Shown here in pieces: positions 1 to 10,452 of a DNA stretch of 64,000 nucleotides. Location of the stretch: positions 44,833 through 108,832 of the forward strand of contig CAYOYV010000002.1 in the NCBI GenBank assembly GCA_964408285.1, read 5' to 3'. This DNA comes from an uncultured Nitrososphaerota archaeon (lineage in GTDB: Archaea; Thermoproteota; EX4484-205; JAAOZO01). Position 1 is the first letter of the stretch. Each line of letters opens with the position of its first letter. The translations under genes and the position numbers were made by a program. The notes under the pieces are model-generated. The model made no database searches. It had not been told where the DNA came from and was given only the letters and a program-made list of their open reading frames with translations.

Positions 1-282
1 GCAGAGAAAGAAAAGATTCACCTAGGTAATCCTTTCCTCTCAGGATTCACGTTGATCTTCTTTGCAGAATGGGGAGACAAGACACAGATAGCGTCTGGCG
101 TATTTGCGACTAGGTATGATGCGATCTTAGTCCTGTCTGGAACGCTCGCAGCCTTGACATTGCTTTCCGTTGCGGCCGTCTATCTAGGTAAGCTAATCTC
201 GGACAGGATCGACAGGCGACTCGTGACTTTGACAGCTGGAATCTACTTTATAGTGATTGGCATTTCATTTCTTATTATGTAG
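1..282 (+). CDS. GDT1/TMEM165 (UPF0016) family Ca2+/Mn2+ transporter, 3' part (runs off the window start)
   Basis: Family motif E-x-G-D-K-T (FFAEWGDKTQIA) followed by hydrophobic helices; frame is open back to base 1. Confidence 0.88.
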   Translation, partial: AEKEKIHLGNPFLSGFTLIFFAEWGDKTQIASGVFATRYDAILVLSGTLAALTLLSVAAVYLGKLISDRIDRRLVTLTAGIYFIVIGISFLIM

Positions 283-342
283 CATCGGCGATTCTTTGGG
301 AACTTGCTTGAGATACCAAGGGCTTCGTACCGGTTTCCGACT

Positions 343-1665
343 CTATGTAGAGGCCAATTTCCCGGCCCTTTCGATGAGTTCTTTCCTTTTCCACTCGATA
401 TCCTTCGGTATCAAAATCGAAGTGACCCCCAGGAGAACAGCGCATAGGAACCAAGTCACGGTTACTATGACTAAAATAGCACTTTCAAGACCAATGGTGT
501 CTGCAAGATAGCCCGTTAGTAAGGGGGCTAATGCGGATCCAACATTCTCGAAGAAGACTAACGTGGATAGTCCAGAACTTCTCACCTCCGGGAGTGAGAC
601 GTCTTGGACAGAAGCCGACACTGAAGGTCCCGCCATTGGTATGAAAAACCCTGTCAGGCCTCCGAGTACCAGAAACACTAGCATTCCCCCCTTCACGAGA
701 ATTGTCAGATCGAAGAGAATCAAACCGACTGCAACCGTTATGGATGCGAATATCATCCTCCCCTTCAATGATCTCCGGAAGGACCAATCCCCCATTATCC
801 CCGCAGCTATGTTGCCCAATGCCATGGCGATCAACGCCACGAACATCACCAACATCCTTTCATCTGGGTTGAATCCCCTAGCCAATTCCATGTATAGGAG
901 CAGCCAATATGAGAGAATCTGCCAAGGAAAGACCCCGAAGAAGCCCTGGGCGAACAAGAGAATCGCTGATTTCCTCTCGAATAGCTTCTTGATCGAATCC
1001 CTTGAGAACGTCTCTCTCAACTTGTCCTTCACTTCGGCAAGCTCCGGTTCAGTTCCACCTCTAGGCTTGTCCTTCACGGTTAGCAGAATCACTGCTGCTA
1101 GAATCAACCCGGGGACAGCAGTTATTATGAACGCCCCTCGCCAACCGAGGATGCCGCCCGCAATCGTCCCGACCAAGACTCCAATCAGAGTTCCGAAGGC
1201 ATTCGAAGTGTTAACTAGGCCTATCGCCGTTGCCCTTCTCTCTGGAGGAAAATAATCCCCCAAGAACGAAATTATGCCACTTGTCGCCTCATTGTCTATT
1301 CCTGTAGTGGCTCTAGTGAGCAGTAGCTGCAAATAGCTTGTCGAGAATGCTGAGAGGACGGTCGTAACTCCCCAGATCGCACTCGCCATGGAAACCATGA
1401 AAGGCCTCGCATAACGATCAAACACATATCCCCAGAAGGGCATGAACGCCACGGCAACAAAGATGGAACCCGTCTGTATTGCTCCCAATTCCGTAAACGA
1501 AAGACCAAACTCTGACTGGATCAATGTAAGAAGAGGCGAGATCAGGAACTTGTCCGCGTTGTGTAGCAACATGAAAAGGAAGAACATGAATGCAACATAC
1601 CAAGATTCCCTAGGGATTCTCGATTCGCGATTGCCTTCAGGCATGGCTCCGGAACTGATAACCAT
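343..1665 (-). CDS. MFS transporter (spinster-like/sugar-acid type)
   Basis: About 12 hydrophobic segments; motif-A-like GYVFDRYAR; DYFPPERRATAIG. Confidence 0.9.
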   Translation of the reverse strand: MVISSGAMPEGNRESRIPRESWYVAFMFFLFMLLHNADKFLISPLLTLIQSEFGLSFTELGAIQTGSIFVAVAFMPFWGYVFDRYARPFMVSMASAIWGVTTVLSAFSTSYLQLLLTRATTGIDNEATSGIISFLGDYFPPERRATAIGLVNTSNAFGTLIGVLVGTIAGGILGWRGAFIITAVPGLILAAVILLTVKDKPRGGTEPELAEVKDKLRETFSRDSIKKLFERKSAILLFAQGFFGVFPWQILSYWLLLYMELARGFNPDERMLVMFVALIAMALGNIAAGIMGDWSFRRSLKGRMIFASITVAVGLILFDLTILVKGGMLVFLVLGGLTGFFIPMAGPSVSASVQDVSLPEVRSSGLSTLVFFENVGSALAPLLTGYLADTIGLESAILVIVTVTWFLCAVLLGVTSILIPKDIEWKRKELIERAGKLAST

Positions 1666-1781
1666 GATGCAAATATAAATTACTCGTCAGGAGCATGCAA
1701 AATTGCAGAAAATGGACGTTGTTTCACATGAGTATCTGAACGATCAGGAGCCTTCAAATGTTGAGGATACGTCTCAAGCCT

Positions 1782-2603
1782 TCAGCAGAGCGGCTCAAGA
1801 ATGGCTTTTGCACTTTCGATGTCCTTGATCTGCTGAGGGCCAGCGATTTCCCGTTCAATTGTGAGAGCCCCGTCGAAGCCGCATGACTTCAATTTGGGGA
1901 TGAGGGCAGGGAAATTAACCTTGCCTTGCCCCAAGGGCTTTTCCATGCCCAATCTCCTTCCATCCGTCGGATATTCACCATCTTTCGCATGCACTCCACG
2001 AACGTATCTGCCAATTGCATCTAAGGCGTCAACAGGATTCGCCTTGCCATACATTATAAGATTCGCAGGATCGAGATTTATCCCAAGATTATCTGCTCCT
2101 ACATCCTGTATCGTCCTCAGGAGAGTCACTGGCGTCTCTTGACCACTCTCGAACCAGAAGCTCTCACTATTCTCTGAACAAAACTGCGATATCTCCTTCA
2201 GAAGGGGAACGAGGCTGACATATAGACTATCCTGTGGATTCTCGGGTATGAAGCCGACGTGTGTTGTGATACTCTCGACGCCGACCATCTTTGCAAAACT
2301 TGCCCCCTTCTTGAGAGCTGCGAGTCGGATTTCCCTTGTGTCAAATGGAACAAGCCCTATTGTAGCCGGTCCTTCCAAGAAGTCCCAAACATAAGTCCCT
2401 GGGAGACCAGTCCAGATAGTTGTGATCTCGACGTTGTTCTGCTCCGCCGAAATCCTCAGGTCGTTTGCCACTTCCCTCGTCAGTAAGTCGGGATTCCAGC
2501 ATGAAACTTGGCAAGTCGGGAAGCCGAACTCACTAACCTTCTTCATCTCCTCCATTGGGCCGCTTTCCAAGGGGACTATCACTCCAAGTCTTAGTTTTGT
2601 CAT
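1782..2603 (-). CDS. Sugar phosphate isomerase/epimerase (xylose-isomerase-like TIM barrel)
   Basis: FESGQE, NLDPANL, VHAKDG and TIERE metal-ligand motifs; start moved to MTKLRLG (2603) because the upstream part of the ORF does not look like this family. Confidence 0.88.
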   Translation of the reverse strand: MTKLRLGVIVPLESGPMEEMKKVSEFGFPTCQVSCWNPDLLTREVANDLRISAEQNNVEITTIWTGLPGTYVWDFLEGPATIGLVPFDTREIRLAALKKGASFAKMVGVESITTHVGFIPENPQDSLYVSLVPLLKEISQFCSENSESFWFESGQETPVTLLRTIQDVGADNLGINLDPANLIMYGKANPVDALDAIGRYVRGVHAKDGEYPTDGRRLGMEKPLGQGKVNFPALIPKLKSCGFDGALTIEREIAGPQQIKDIESAKAILEPLC

Positions 2604-2779
2604 GCACATGGCGAAGCAACACGCAGTATTTATGTTATGTAACGCATATCGAGTCAAAAGCATTTCAATACATAACCGAAAAGGGGATATCTTCACGAGA
2701 GCCATGACCGAGACCAACATCATTGAGTTGCTATTTTATATAGAAGTTGTGAGGCCTTGAACTCGAGGCTTCCGGCGGG

Positions 2780-3457
2780 ATGTTTGGCCCAACGCATGCG
2801 CTCCTGGGATATCTTGTTGCCTATTTCGCTGTGAGGAATTCCAAATCAATTGATTTCAGAGATGGTGTCTTTGCTTTGGCTTGTGGAATCGCACCGGACA
2901 TTGATTTCCTATCTCCTCTTCCTTTCGGAACTCCCTTTGGTCATCACGGTCTGGCTCATTCGCCTCTACTATTACTCACGATCTCGAGTCCGTTTCTCGT
3001 GAAACGCAGATCAAACGCATTACCATATTTTTTGGCTTTGGTGTCGCACGTGGTGTCCGATTTCGTTGACAACACAATCCCACTGTTCGGTCCCCTCTCC
3101 TGGGGAGAATTCGGTCTTCGCCTTTCTTATCAGGAGCAATTGGTGCCATTGGCTCTCTCCATAGAGCTGATCATCTGTTTTGCTTTCATATGTCTCGTTA
3201 TCAGAAGGCCTAACGATCTTCCGATATCAATTCCAGAAAAATATGACAAGCTTGCCACATCTTCGTTGATGATGATGCTTCTTGCTGGTCCCATAGTATC
3301 TTGGTACCTTGCCTCTTCATTCCAGATTTCTGTTACTCTCCCTCAGGCCTTTGTCTGGGCCTCGTCATCGGTACTTGTTCTGTATTCTATAGCCTGTAAC
3401 AGCTATCTTATCTTGGGAGCGATTTCGTCAGGAGTCAAAGAAAGAAAGCGGTCCTGA
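2780..3457 (+). CDS. YdjM-like membrane-bound metal-dependent hydrolase
   Basis: THALLG...APDID...HHGLAHS...SHVVSD His/Asp pattern plus TM helices. Confidence 0.8.
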   Translation: MFGPTHALLGYLVAYFAVRNSKSIDFRDGVFALACGIAPDIDFLSPLPFGTPFGHHGLAHSPLLLLTISSPFLVKRRSNALPYFLALVSHVVSDFVDNTIPLFGPLSWGEFGLRLSYQEQLVPLALSIELIICFAFICLVIRRPNDLPISIPEKYDKLATSSLMMMLLAGPIVSWYLASSFQISVTLPQAFVWASSSVLVLYSIACNSYLILGAISSGVKERKRS

Positions 3458-3546
3458 GGAAGGAAATCCGCATGATTGGGACAAGCGTCGATTGACCATC
3501 GAGAGGAAAAGCATTCATATTCTCTTGATTGGTGTGGATTCGCCAT

Positions 3547-4842
3547 ATGAAACGGAAAGTAATCCTGATCATAATCGATGGCTGCAGACAGGACTACCTC
3601 CAGATGGGAGGCATTGATACAATCAGGCAACTCATGGATGAGGGAGCGTGTGCGCAGGATTGCAGGACGGTTTTCCCTTCCATGACGCATCCAGCACATA
3701 CCAGCATCGTGACCGGGCTCTACCCCTCTGGCCATGGCATTCTAGCGCATCATTACTTTGATAGGCGATGTGGAAGATTGAGGGATTTCCTTTCATATAA
3801 CAAATTCAGCGGGAATTCAATAGCGGAATTAGTCAAGTCAGCTGGAGGAAGGGTTGTTTCGATCGACGAATTCACAGCCCTTGGACGAGGATCGGATCTT
3901 TACGTGAACGTGCCATCCCATGACCCTCAGGAAGTTGCCTATTGGGCAGTTGATGCGATTTCGAGAAAAAGCCCTGACTTGTTGATCATGACGTTCTTCG
4001 ACTCCGACAACATCGGAACGCGATACGGACCGCAGAGCGCCGAAGTGAAGACTTGCATGAGAAACATAGACGATCACATTGGCACCATACTCGGAAAGGC
4101 CAAGCAGTGCTACAAAGACGACGAATTGCTTGTTGTGTTGACCTCAGATCACGGAATGGCAAGCACCGGAAAATGTATACTCCCTGATGTTAGGAAGATG
4201 GCGCAGGCATCCTTGGGAGATTCTACAATCCTTGCCGAAGGACTCTATGCCCAGGTCTATTTCGATGAGATTCAAGCAAGACATATCGCCGAATTTGCCG
4301 AGATCCCTGGAGTAGATGTGATGCTGGAGGACAGAGAACTGCTGGCGTTGAACTGCCTAAATGAGAGTATCGGTGATCTCGTTGTCTCATGCAAGGAGGG
4401 ATACAACTTGATAGAGCAGGATGGCGGGGGACCTCAGGGCCTGCATGGCAGCCTAGTTGACGAGTGCATGAGGGTTCCCCTCGTTCTATGGGGGGCCGGA
4501 GTGGTTCCTGGGAGGATGACCTTTTGCGAGGTGGTTGACATTGCCCCCACCATAGCACATTTCATGGGCATCAAATACCCACATTTCGATGGCAGATGGT
4601 TGGCCGAGTGCTTCACCGAATCACTCAAGATCACAACCGATAAGGTAACCGGAGCAGTCCGGGAGCTTCGGCTAGAGTACAGAACCAGAATTCAGATTAT
4701 TCGGGAAATGATGGATGTCAGAAAAGCCGAGGCTGAAGGTAGGCTGAGCGAGAAAGAATGCTCAAGCATCATTGGCGAATCAAAACAATCGCTACTGAAA
4801 GCCGTGTCAGAATACGAAAGGATAAAGAAACCATTGAAATGA
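3547..4842 (+). CDS. Alkaline phosphatase superfamily protein (nucleotide pyrophosphatase/phosphodiesterase-like) with helical C-terminal extension
   Basis: IIIDG, FPSMTHPAHTSIVTG (Thr nucleophile), TSDHGM, GLHG and VDIAPT motifs. Confidence 0.87.
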   Translation: MKRKVILIIIDGCRQDYLQMGGIDTIRQLMDEGACAQDCRTVFPSMTHPAHTSIVTGLYPSGHGILAHHYFDRRCGRLRDFLSYNKFSGNSIAELVKSAGGRVVSIDEFTALGRGSDLYVNVPSHDPQEVAYWAVDAISRKSPDLLIMTFFDSDNIGTRYGPQSAEVKTCMRNIDDHIGTILGKAKQCYKDDELLVVLTSDHGMASTGKCILPDVRKMAQASLGDSTILAEGLYAQVYFDEIQARHIAEFAEIPGVDVMLEDRELLALNCLNESIGDLVVSCKEGYNLIEQDGGGPQGLHGSLVDECMRVPLVLWGAGVVPGRMTFCEVVDIAPTIAHFMGIKYPHFDGRWLAECFTESLKITTDKVTGAVRELRLEYRTRIQIIREMMDVRKAEAEGRLSEKECSSIIGESKQSLLKAVSEYERIKKPLK

Positions 4843-4923
4843 AAACCGACCTTCGGTCTGTCTTTGAAGCGGCTTGAGACGCTCAGATTTAAATCCAGTT
4901 GGCTGGTTCAATGAACCATACTG

Positions 4924-6546
4924 ATGTCAGAAAGCGCTTGGTGGAAGGAAGGAGGGAGGTTGATTTTTGCCATCGTCATTTTGGTCATATTAGCATCCAT
5001 AGTGGCAACGGCATACACGATCTTTTCACCGTTTACCCAGCCCATCATAGCCACGGTTAGTATAGATTACTACATAGAGAGTGCCAGCGCCAGGAACTAT
5101 GTCATGAACATGATTGACTATGCAATGAAAAACGACTCGATAAAAGCAGTTGTTGTAAAACTGGATTGCCCCGGCGGCTGGGCTGACGCAGTCGAGGAGA
5201 TATATCTGGGGCTAGTCAGATTGAAAAGCAAGAAACCTGTCGTGGCCTCTGTAATAGGCTACGCGCTTTCTGGGGGATACTACATCGCCGTGTCATCCAA
5301 CTACATATACGCAGTTCCAACTTCGTTCGTCGGAAACATAGGCGTTATAGGATTCGCACCCTCAAAGGGATACCCAAGCGAGCAAATCGTTGAGACTGGT
5401 CCAAATAAGGTCAGAGGTTTCTCCGAGAGAGGCTTCATATATATGCTTCAGGGCGCTCTGGAGAATTTCGTGGGCGCGGTAGTTGCTCAGAGGGGAGCCA
5501 AGCTTCTTGTGAACAAGACAGAACTATGCACAGGATCGATATATCTTGGCAGCCTAGCTGTTCGCAACGGGATGGTTGATTCAGTGGGTTCATCGGAACA
5601 TGCGATCGAGAAGGCCGCTTCTCTCGCCGGGATAACGCAATATGAGTTGGTTGACCTGAACAAAATAACACAGGCGCCATCAGGTCTCATGACAATGAGC
5701 GGCAATGAATCAAAGGCAAGTGAGTTCAGCATCTCAAAACTCAGGGAACTGAGGCCGGCCCCAATATTCTATTACGTTTACCTGCCCCCGCAGTTGGGTA
5801 ACATTTCAGGAGCGGAACTACTGAGGACTTGGGAGGCTGGAACGGAGACACCGACAGCGCCAATGACAGATGCTGGAGGGAAGAAAGTCGTCCTTATCGA
5901 TCTCTCTCACCAGAACGCGTTCCTTAGGGACGAGCTTGTCATGCTGGTGTCGGAGATCGTGTCTAGGGATGCCGTTGTTAGATATCTCAGCTCATCTATG
6001 GACTTCAGGTTCGCTTTGCAGGAGGCCACTTCGCTTCTGATAATCTCTCCGACTCGCGAATTCTCCAACGATGAATTGACCGCTATCAGGGACTTCGTGA
6101 AGAAAGGAAAAAGACTGCTTATCATGAATGAGCCAACAAGGGCATTTCCTACCGCTGCAAACGGGTTATCTGGCGATTTCGGCATAACATTCGGGAACGA
6201 CTATCTCTACAGCTTGAATGAGTACGACGGGATATACAGGAATATATACGTGACTCATTTCGGGGCCTCAGAGCTCACTGATGGCCTGAATAAGATTGTC
6301 CTGTATACCGCTTCGAGCGTTTACTCAAAAACTGGCAGAATCGCGTTCACAGACAATGAAACGTTCTCCTCAGAAGCCGAGAAGCCAAGCGAATACGCGA
6401 TCATGGTGTTCAAGGAGGGTGAAGGGATCGCTGCAATAGGGGATATGACCTTCCTTACGGAGCCTTATTGCTACGTAGAGGATAATTACAGGCTACTGAC
6501 CAACGTTGCCGCATTCCTGACGGGTCGTGGCGGATCCCCAGGATGA
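4924..6546 (+). CDS. S49 (SppA-like) peptidase fused to a C-terminal GldG/DUF4350-like domain
   Basis: N-terminal TM; LDCPGG, ALSGGYYIA, VGNIGV and GPNK motifs; C-terminal VLIDLSHQN...LTAIRDFVKKG...NYRLLTN. Confidence 0.82.
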   Translation: MSESAWWKEGGRLIFAIVILVILASIVATAYTIFSPFTQPIIATVSIDYYIESASARNYVMNMIDYAMKNDSIKAVVVKLDCPGGWADAVEEIYLGLVRLKSKKPVVASVIGYALSGGYYIAVSSNYIYAVPTSFVGNIGVIGFAPSKGYPSEQIVETGPNKVRGFSERGFIYMLQGALENFVGAVVAQRGAKLLVNKTELCTGSIYLGSLAVRNGMVDSVGSSEHAIEKAASLAGITQYELVDLNKITQAPSGLMTMSGNESKASEFSISKLRELRPAPIFYYVYLPPQLGNISGAELLRTWEAGTETPTAPMTDAGGKKVVLIDLSHQNAFLRDELVMLVSEIVSRDAVVRYLSSSMDFRFALQEATSLLIISPTREFSNDELTAIRDFVKKGKRLLIMNEPTRAFPTAANGLSGDFGITFGNDYLYSLNEYDGIYRNIYVTHFGASELTDGLNKIVLYTASSVYSKTGRIAFTDNETFSSEAEKPSEYAIMVFKEGEGIAAIGDMTFLTEPYCYVEDNYRLLTNVAAFLTGRGGSPG

Positions 6547-6799
6547 TGCCAACCAGAACGAGATAGGCACCTTCTATGACGGAACTGCTTCTCGGAGGGG
6601 TGCATCATGACGAAACAAAGCGAGAGCACATATTGGTCACATGACTTGTTCCTAGAAGAATCTAAACAAGATCCGTAGCAACAAGCATGAGATTGGTCTC
6701 TGGAATTCCGAGATTGAATTACTCTCATCCTAGCGTTGTCTGAGAGTGAGCAGTCACTAACTAAATTTATCTAGAGGTAGTATCAATCAAGGGAGCAAT

Positions 6800-7603
6800 A
6801 TGTGCAGGATGTTAGGTCTCTTGTCGACTAGGCCGGTTCCGGCCTCGAAGTACCTGAGGGATGCTGACTGTTCACTGTACAGACTCGCCGTACTAGGGCA
6901 ACAAGGGGACGGATGGGGCATCGGCCACTATGTGAACGGAAAGCTAAGCATCTTCAAGAGTGAGAAACCAGTCTATGAGGAGGAGCCACTCTTCCGAGAC
7001 ATGATTGACCAGATCAAATCCGTGGCCATCGTGGCTCATGTCAGAAAGGCGAGTAATCCTAGGAACTTACCGAGGACTTCGTTAATCTCAAAGGAGAATT
7101 CCCAACCCTTCTATCACATGGATATTGTATTTGTCCACAACGGTACACTTTTCATTCCAGATCAAGTGATGAATGAACTTGGCGAGTATAGGGGTCTTGT
7201 GCAAGGCGCCAACGACAGTGAGGTGCTTTTCGCGTATCTTCTTCTTAATCTGAAGAAGGAAGAAACATTCGAGGAAGCCCTTAAGGGCCTAGAGAAGGGT
7301 TTGAGAGATATAAAGGAAAGAAGTGGATATCAGAGACAGCATCCGTATAGCAGTCTTAACCTCATATTCAGCGACGGCAGAGAGCTCCATGCGTACGAGA
7401 AATATCTCATAGAACCGGGAATCACCTCGTACTGCAGTCCAGCACCCTATTTCCAGATGCACTATTTTGCGGAGGACAACGGGATCGTTGTAGCTTCTGA
7501 GAAAATGAGTTCCACAAACTGGAAACCTCTAGGGAACGGGGAACTGCTAAGTGCAAGGGCAATTGATGACAAGGTCGTATATGACATTCGCAGAATAAGC
7601 TGA
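6800..7603 (+). CDS. Class II glutamine amidotransferase (YafJ/EgtC-like Ntn hydrolase)
   Basis: N-terminal MCRM (Cys2 nucleophile); DGWGI, AHVRKAS, FVHNG, DSE and VASE motifs. Confidence 0.9.
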   Translation: MCRMLGLLSTRPVPASKYLRDADCSLYRLAVLGQQGDGWGIGHYVNGKLSIFKSEKPVYEEEPLFRDMIDQIKSVAIVAHVRKASNPRNLPRTSLISKENSQPFYHMDIVFVHNGTLFIPDQVMNELGEYRGLVQGANDSEVLFAYLLLNLKKEETFEEALKGLEKGLRDIKERSGYQRQHPYSSLNLIFSDGRELHAYEKYLIEPGITSYCSPAPYFQMHYFAEDNGIVVASEKMSSTNWKPLGNGELLSARAIDDKVVYDIRRIS

Positions 7604-7701
7604 ATCTGAACAGTCCGAGGATGAAACGCGCTCTGATCTAGCACTTGTTATCCATGTACAGCTATAGAGCTTAAATCGCTCTGGACTTCCCCAAGCCATG
7701 G

Positions 7702-7806
7702 GATGCACGAAAATTCGTGAATGAAATCGAAGAAAGATTGAAGGTTCCAGTCACATTAATATCAACTGGACCAGAGATGGAAAGCACTATAGATAGAAGG
7801 GCCTAG
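7702..7806 (+). pseudogene. purA: 3'-terminal remnant of adenylosuccinate synthetase
   Basis: Translates as [34 protein letters not shown], matching the PurA C-terminal pattern (F/Y-I-E-E-x-x-x-V-P-V-x-x-I-S-T-G-P); in-frame TAA at 7672-7674 and no start codon before the fragment. Confidence 0.75.
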
Positions 7807-7980
7807 TCGAGACCCCACAGTTCGGCGAGAAAGCCAGTAGAAGATGGTGTTCGTGCTTGATTCATCACCCATGGCGAATCTGTGCGATACAACGAATAGT
7901 GAAGCAATATCACAGGCGGCATTTTGATGATGTAGGTTAGGCAATATCTATATTAATTCAAGACACCTGCCCTTTCAAAC

Positions 7981-9267
7981 ATGCTCGACATCAAGCTGAT
8001 CAGGGAAAGTCCTGATAGGGTTAGAGAGAACCTCTCTCGGAGAAACGACAGTACTATCTTGGATTTGCTTGACAGGGTCATCGTGGCAGACAAGAAATGG
8101 CGCCAATTGCAGACCGATTTGAATACGTTGAGGCATGATAGGAACGAGATTTCATTGAAGATATCCGATCTGAAGAAGCATGGAAAGGACGCTTCGAGTG
8201 AGCTACTCGAGGCAGAGAGAATCTCAAAGACGATATCGGGTCTGGAAGGCGAGTCTGACGAATTATCGGGGTCAATTCACTATTGCTTGATGAGGCTCCC
8301 GAATCTTCTGGACGAGGGCGTTCCATATGGGAAGGACGAGACGCAGAATGTCGTGATCAGGGCCTGGGGGAGGCCCCCGAAGTTTGATTTCGCCCCCAAA
8401 GACCATCTTTCAATATTGCTTGATCTAGGATTAATAGACGTAGAGAGGGGTGCGAAAACAGCCGGCGAGAGATTCTACTATTTGAAGAAGGATCTTGTCC
8501 TTTTGGATTATGCGATATTGGACTTTGGATTGAGGTTCATGATAGACAAGGGCCACATACCAATAGAGCCGCCCTACATGATGAACAGAAAGGCCTACGA
8601 AGGCGCAACAGATTTGGCCGATTTCGAGAATGTGATGTACAAAATAGACGGAGAGGATCTATACATGATAGCTACAAGCGAGCATCCGATGTTGGCGATG
8701 TTCATGGATGAGGTGCTTCTGAAGGATGCCCTTCCGATGAGATTCGTCGGAATCAGTCCTTGTTTCAGAAAGGAAGTGGGAGCGCATGGGAAATACACAA
8801 AGGGACTTTTCAGGATGCATCAGTTTCATAAGGTGGAGCAATTCATATTTTGCGTCCCCGAGGAGTCTAGAAGATTCCATGAGGAGTTGCAGCAGAATAG
8901 TGAGCAGATGTATCAGAAACTCGGCATCCACTACAGGGTCTCATTGGCTTGCACTGGGGACATAGGAACAATCGCTTCAAAGAGGTATGATGTCGAGATG
9001 TGGATGGCTGATGGCAATTATAGGGAGATAGGGTCGAACTCTAACTGCACTGACTATCAGGCCAGAAGGTCAAACATAAAATATAGGGAGAAGGAAGGGC
9101 AACCTCCTGTCGGATTTGTGCACACCTTGAATAATACGGCGCTTGCGACCAGCAGGACACTCATCGCGATGCTGGAACAAAATCAGAATGCTGATGGTTC
9201 AGTGACCATACCAGAGCCCTTGAGGGATTACATGGGAAAGGATAAGCTCGCTAGATCAGAAAAATAA
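7981..9267 (+). CDS. serS: Seryl-tRNA synthetase
   Basis: MLDIKLIRE start, coiled-coil arm, ATSEH, FRKE...GLFRMHQFHKVEQF, SNCTDYQARR and HTLNNT motifs. Confidence 0.98.
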   Translation: MLDIKLIRESPDRVRENLSRRNDSTILDLLDRVIVADKKWRQLQTDLNTLRHDRNEISLKISDLKKHGKDASSELLEAERISKTISGLEGESDELSGSIHYCLMRLPNLLDEGVPYGKDETQNVVIRAWGRPPKFDFAPKDHLSILLDLGLIDVERGAKTAGERFYYLKKDLVLLDYAILDFGLRFMIDKGHIPIEPPYMMNRKAYEGATDLADFENVMYKIDGEDLYMIATSEHPMLAMFMDEVLLKDALPMRFVGISPCFRKEVGAHGKYTKGLFRMHQFHKVEQFIFCVPEESRRFHEELQQNSEQMYQKLGIHYRVSLACTGDIGTIASKRYDVEMWMADGNYREIGSNSNCTDYQARRSNIKYREKEGQPPVGFVHTLNNTALATSRTLIAMLEQNQNADGSVTIPEPLRDYMGKDKLARSEK

Positions 9268-9306
9268 GGCGGCAGTCGAATCAGCGCTATAGTCAGATGG
9301 CCTAGT

Positions 9307-10323
9307 TCATTCCAGTGAGATTGGATGACCTGACTCGGCAGATTTTATTATCGAACTGATGACCTTGGTTACTGCAAGACCATCTTCTCCGAGCACAGGA
9401 GGTTCAACGCCTTCCGCAACAGATCGAACAAAGCTTTGAAGACCCTCTCGAACAAAGCCACTTACACCTTCATCAGGAAGGACATAGACATCCGGGAATT
9501 CTGCTTTGCCCTCGCCAATAATCTTGAGACTCCCATGGTGGGATCTATCAATCCTTATGGCCGCTCTTTCCCCAAATACGTCCATCTTGAAATCGACAAC
9601 AAACGGTTCCCCCCTCGGTAAGATCCAACTATTTTCCATGACTGCAACACCTCCTCCTCGGAACTCTATGAGGCTTTCATAGAAGTCCTGGACCGGGATG
9701 CCCATTGATTCCAATACGGTTGATCTTGAAACTCCAAACACCTTCTTGGCCTCATCGTTGAAGAACCACCTTAGCAGATCAAAGACATGGCTACCGAGGA
9801 ACCAGAGGACACTTGTCTGCCTCGACCATTTTATCATCTCCGTTGGAACAAAAATCGTGTCGCTTAGTCTTGCATATGCATGTATGAGCTTCCCCGTTTT
9901 CCCTTCCTCTATCGTTTTCCTAGCCAATCTGAAGGGGGGACTCCACCTATTGCTGAAATTCAACATTAGCTTGACTCCATGTTTTCTTGCCTCGCTCACA
10001 ATTCGCTCGGCTTCTGATACCTCAGTTGCAAGGGGTTTCTCCACCAACAGGTGTTTTCCATTCTCAATTGCTGAAATAGATGGTTCGAAATGCAGATGAT
10101 CCGGCGTACAAACTGAAACCAGTTCTATCTCTGGATCTGCAGCAAGGTCGTGATAGTCTCCGTAAGTCTTTGGAACGTGATATTCTTCAGCAATCTTTTT
10201 GGCTCTTTCGACGTTACGATCAGAGACCGCAACTAGATCAGCGTTCGTAATGCTCCTGAAGCATTTTACCTGATGTTCTCCTTGGATGCCAACCCCGATC
10301 ACGCCGATGTTGACCTTCTTCAT
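9307..10323 (-). CDS. Gfo/Idh/MocA family oxidoreductase
   Basis: GVIGVGIQG Rossmann motif, TPDHLH, LVEKP; start at MKKVNIG. Confidence 0.9.
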   Translation of the reverse strand: MKKVNIGVIGVGIQGEHQVKCFRSITNADLVAVSDRNVERAKKIAEEYHVPKTYGDYHDLAADPEIELVSVCTPDHLHFEPSISAIENGKHLLVEKPLATEVSEAERIVSEARKHGVKLMLNFSNRWSPPFRLARKTIEEGKTGKLIHAYARLSDTIFVPTEMIKWSRQTSVLWFLGSHVFDLLRWFFNDEAKKVFGVSRSTVLESMGIPVQDFYESLIEFRGGGVAVMENSWILPRGEPFVVDFKMDVFGERAAIRIDRSHHGSLKIIGEGKAEFPDVYVLPDEGVSGFVREGLQSFVRSVAEGVEPPVLGEDGLAVTKVISSIIKSAESGHPISLE

Positions 10324-10452
10324 GTAGCAAGCGCCGGCCTCGAAAATTATAAGTCTGAGCTGGCAGGCATCCAACGAAACCGAATTCGACTATACTTCTG
10401 GTGCGCAGTCCCATAACTCTAATTAGGGGTCTGCTGCCACTTCAATACAGGG

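Noticed and set aside
563-1255. 230-aa plus-strand ORF, and similar long antisense ORFs (e.g. 25921-26481, 35993-36490, 52591-53298)
   Set aside because: They lie opposite well-supported genes and have no motifs; antisense shadows
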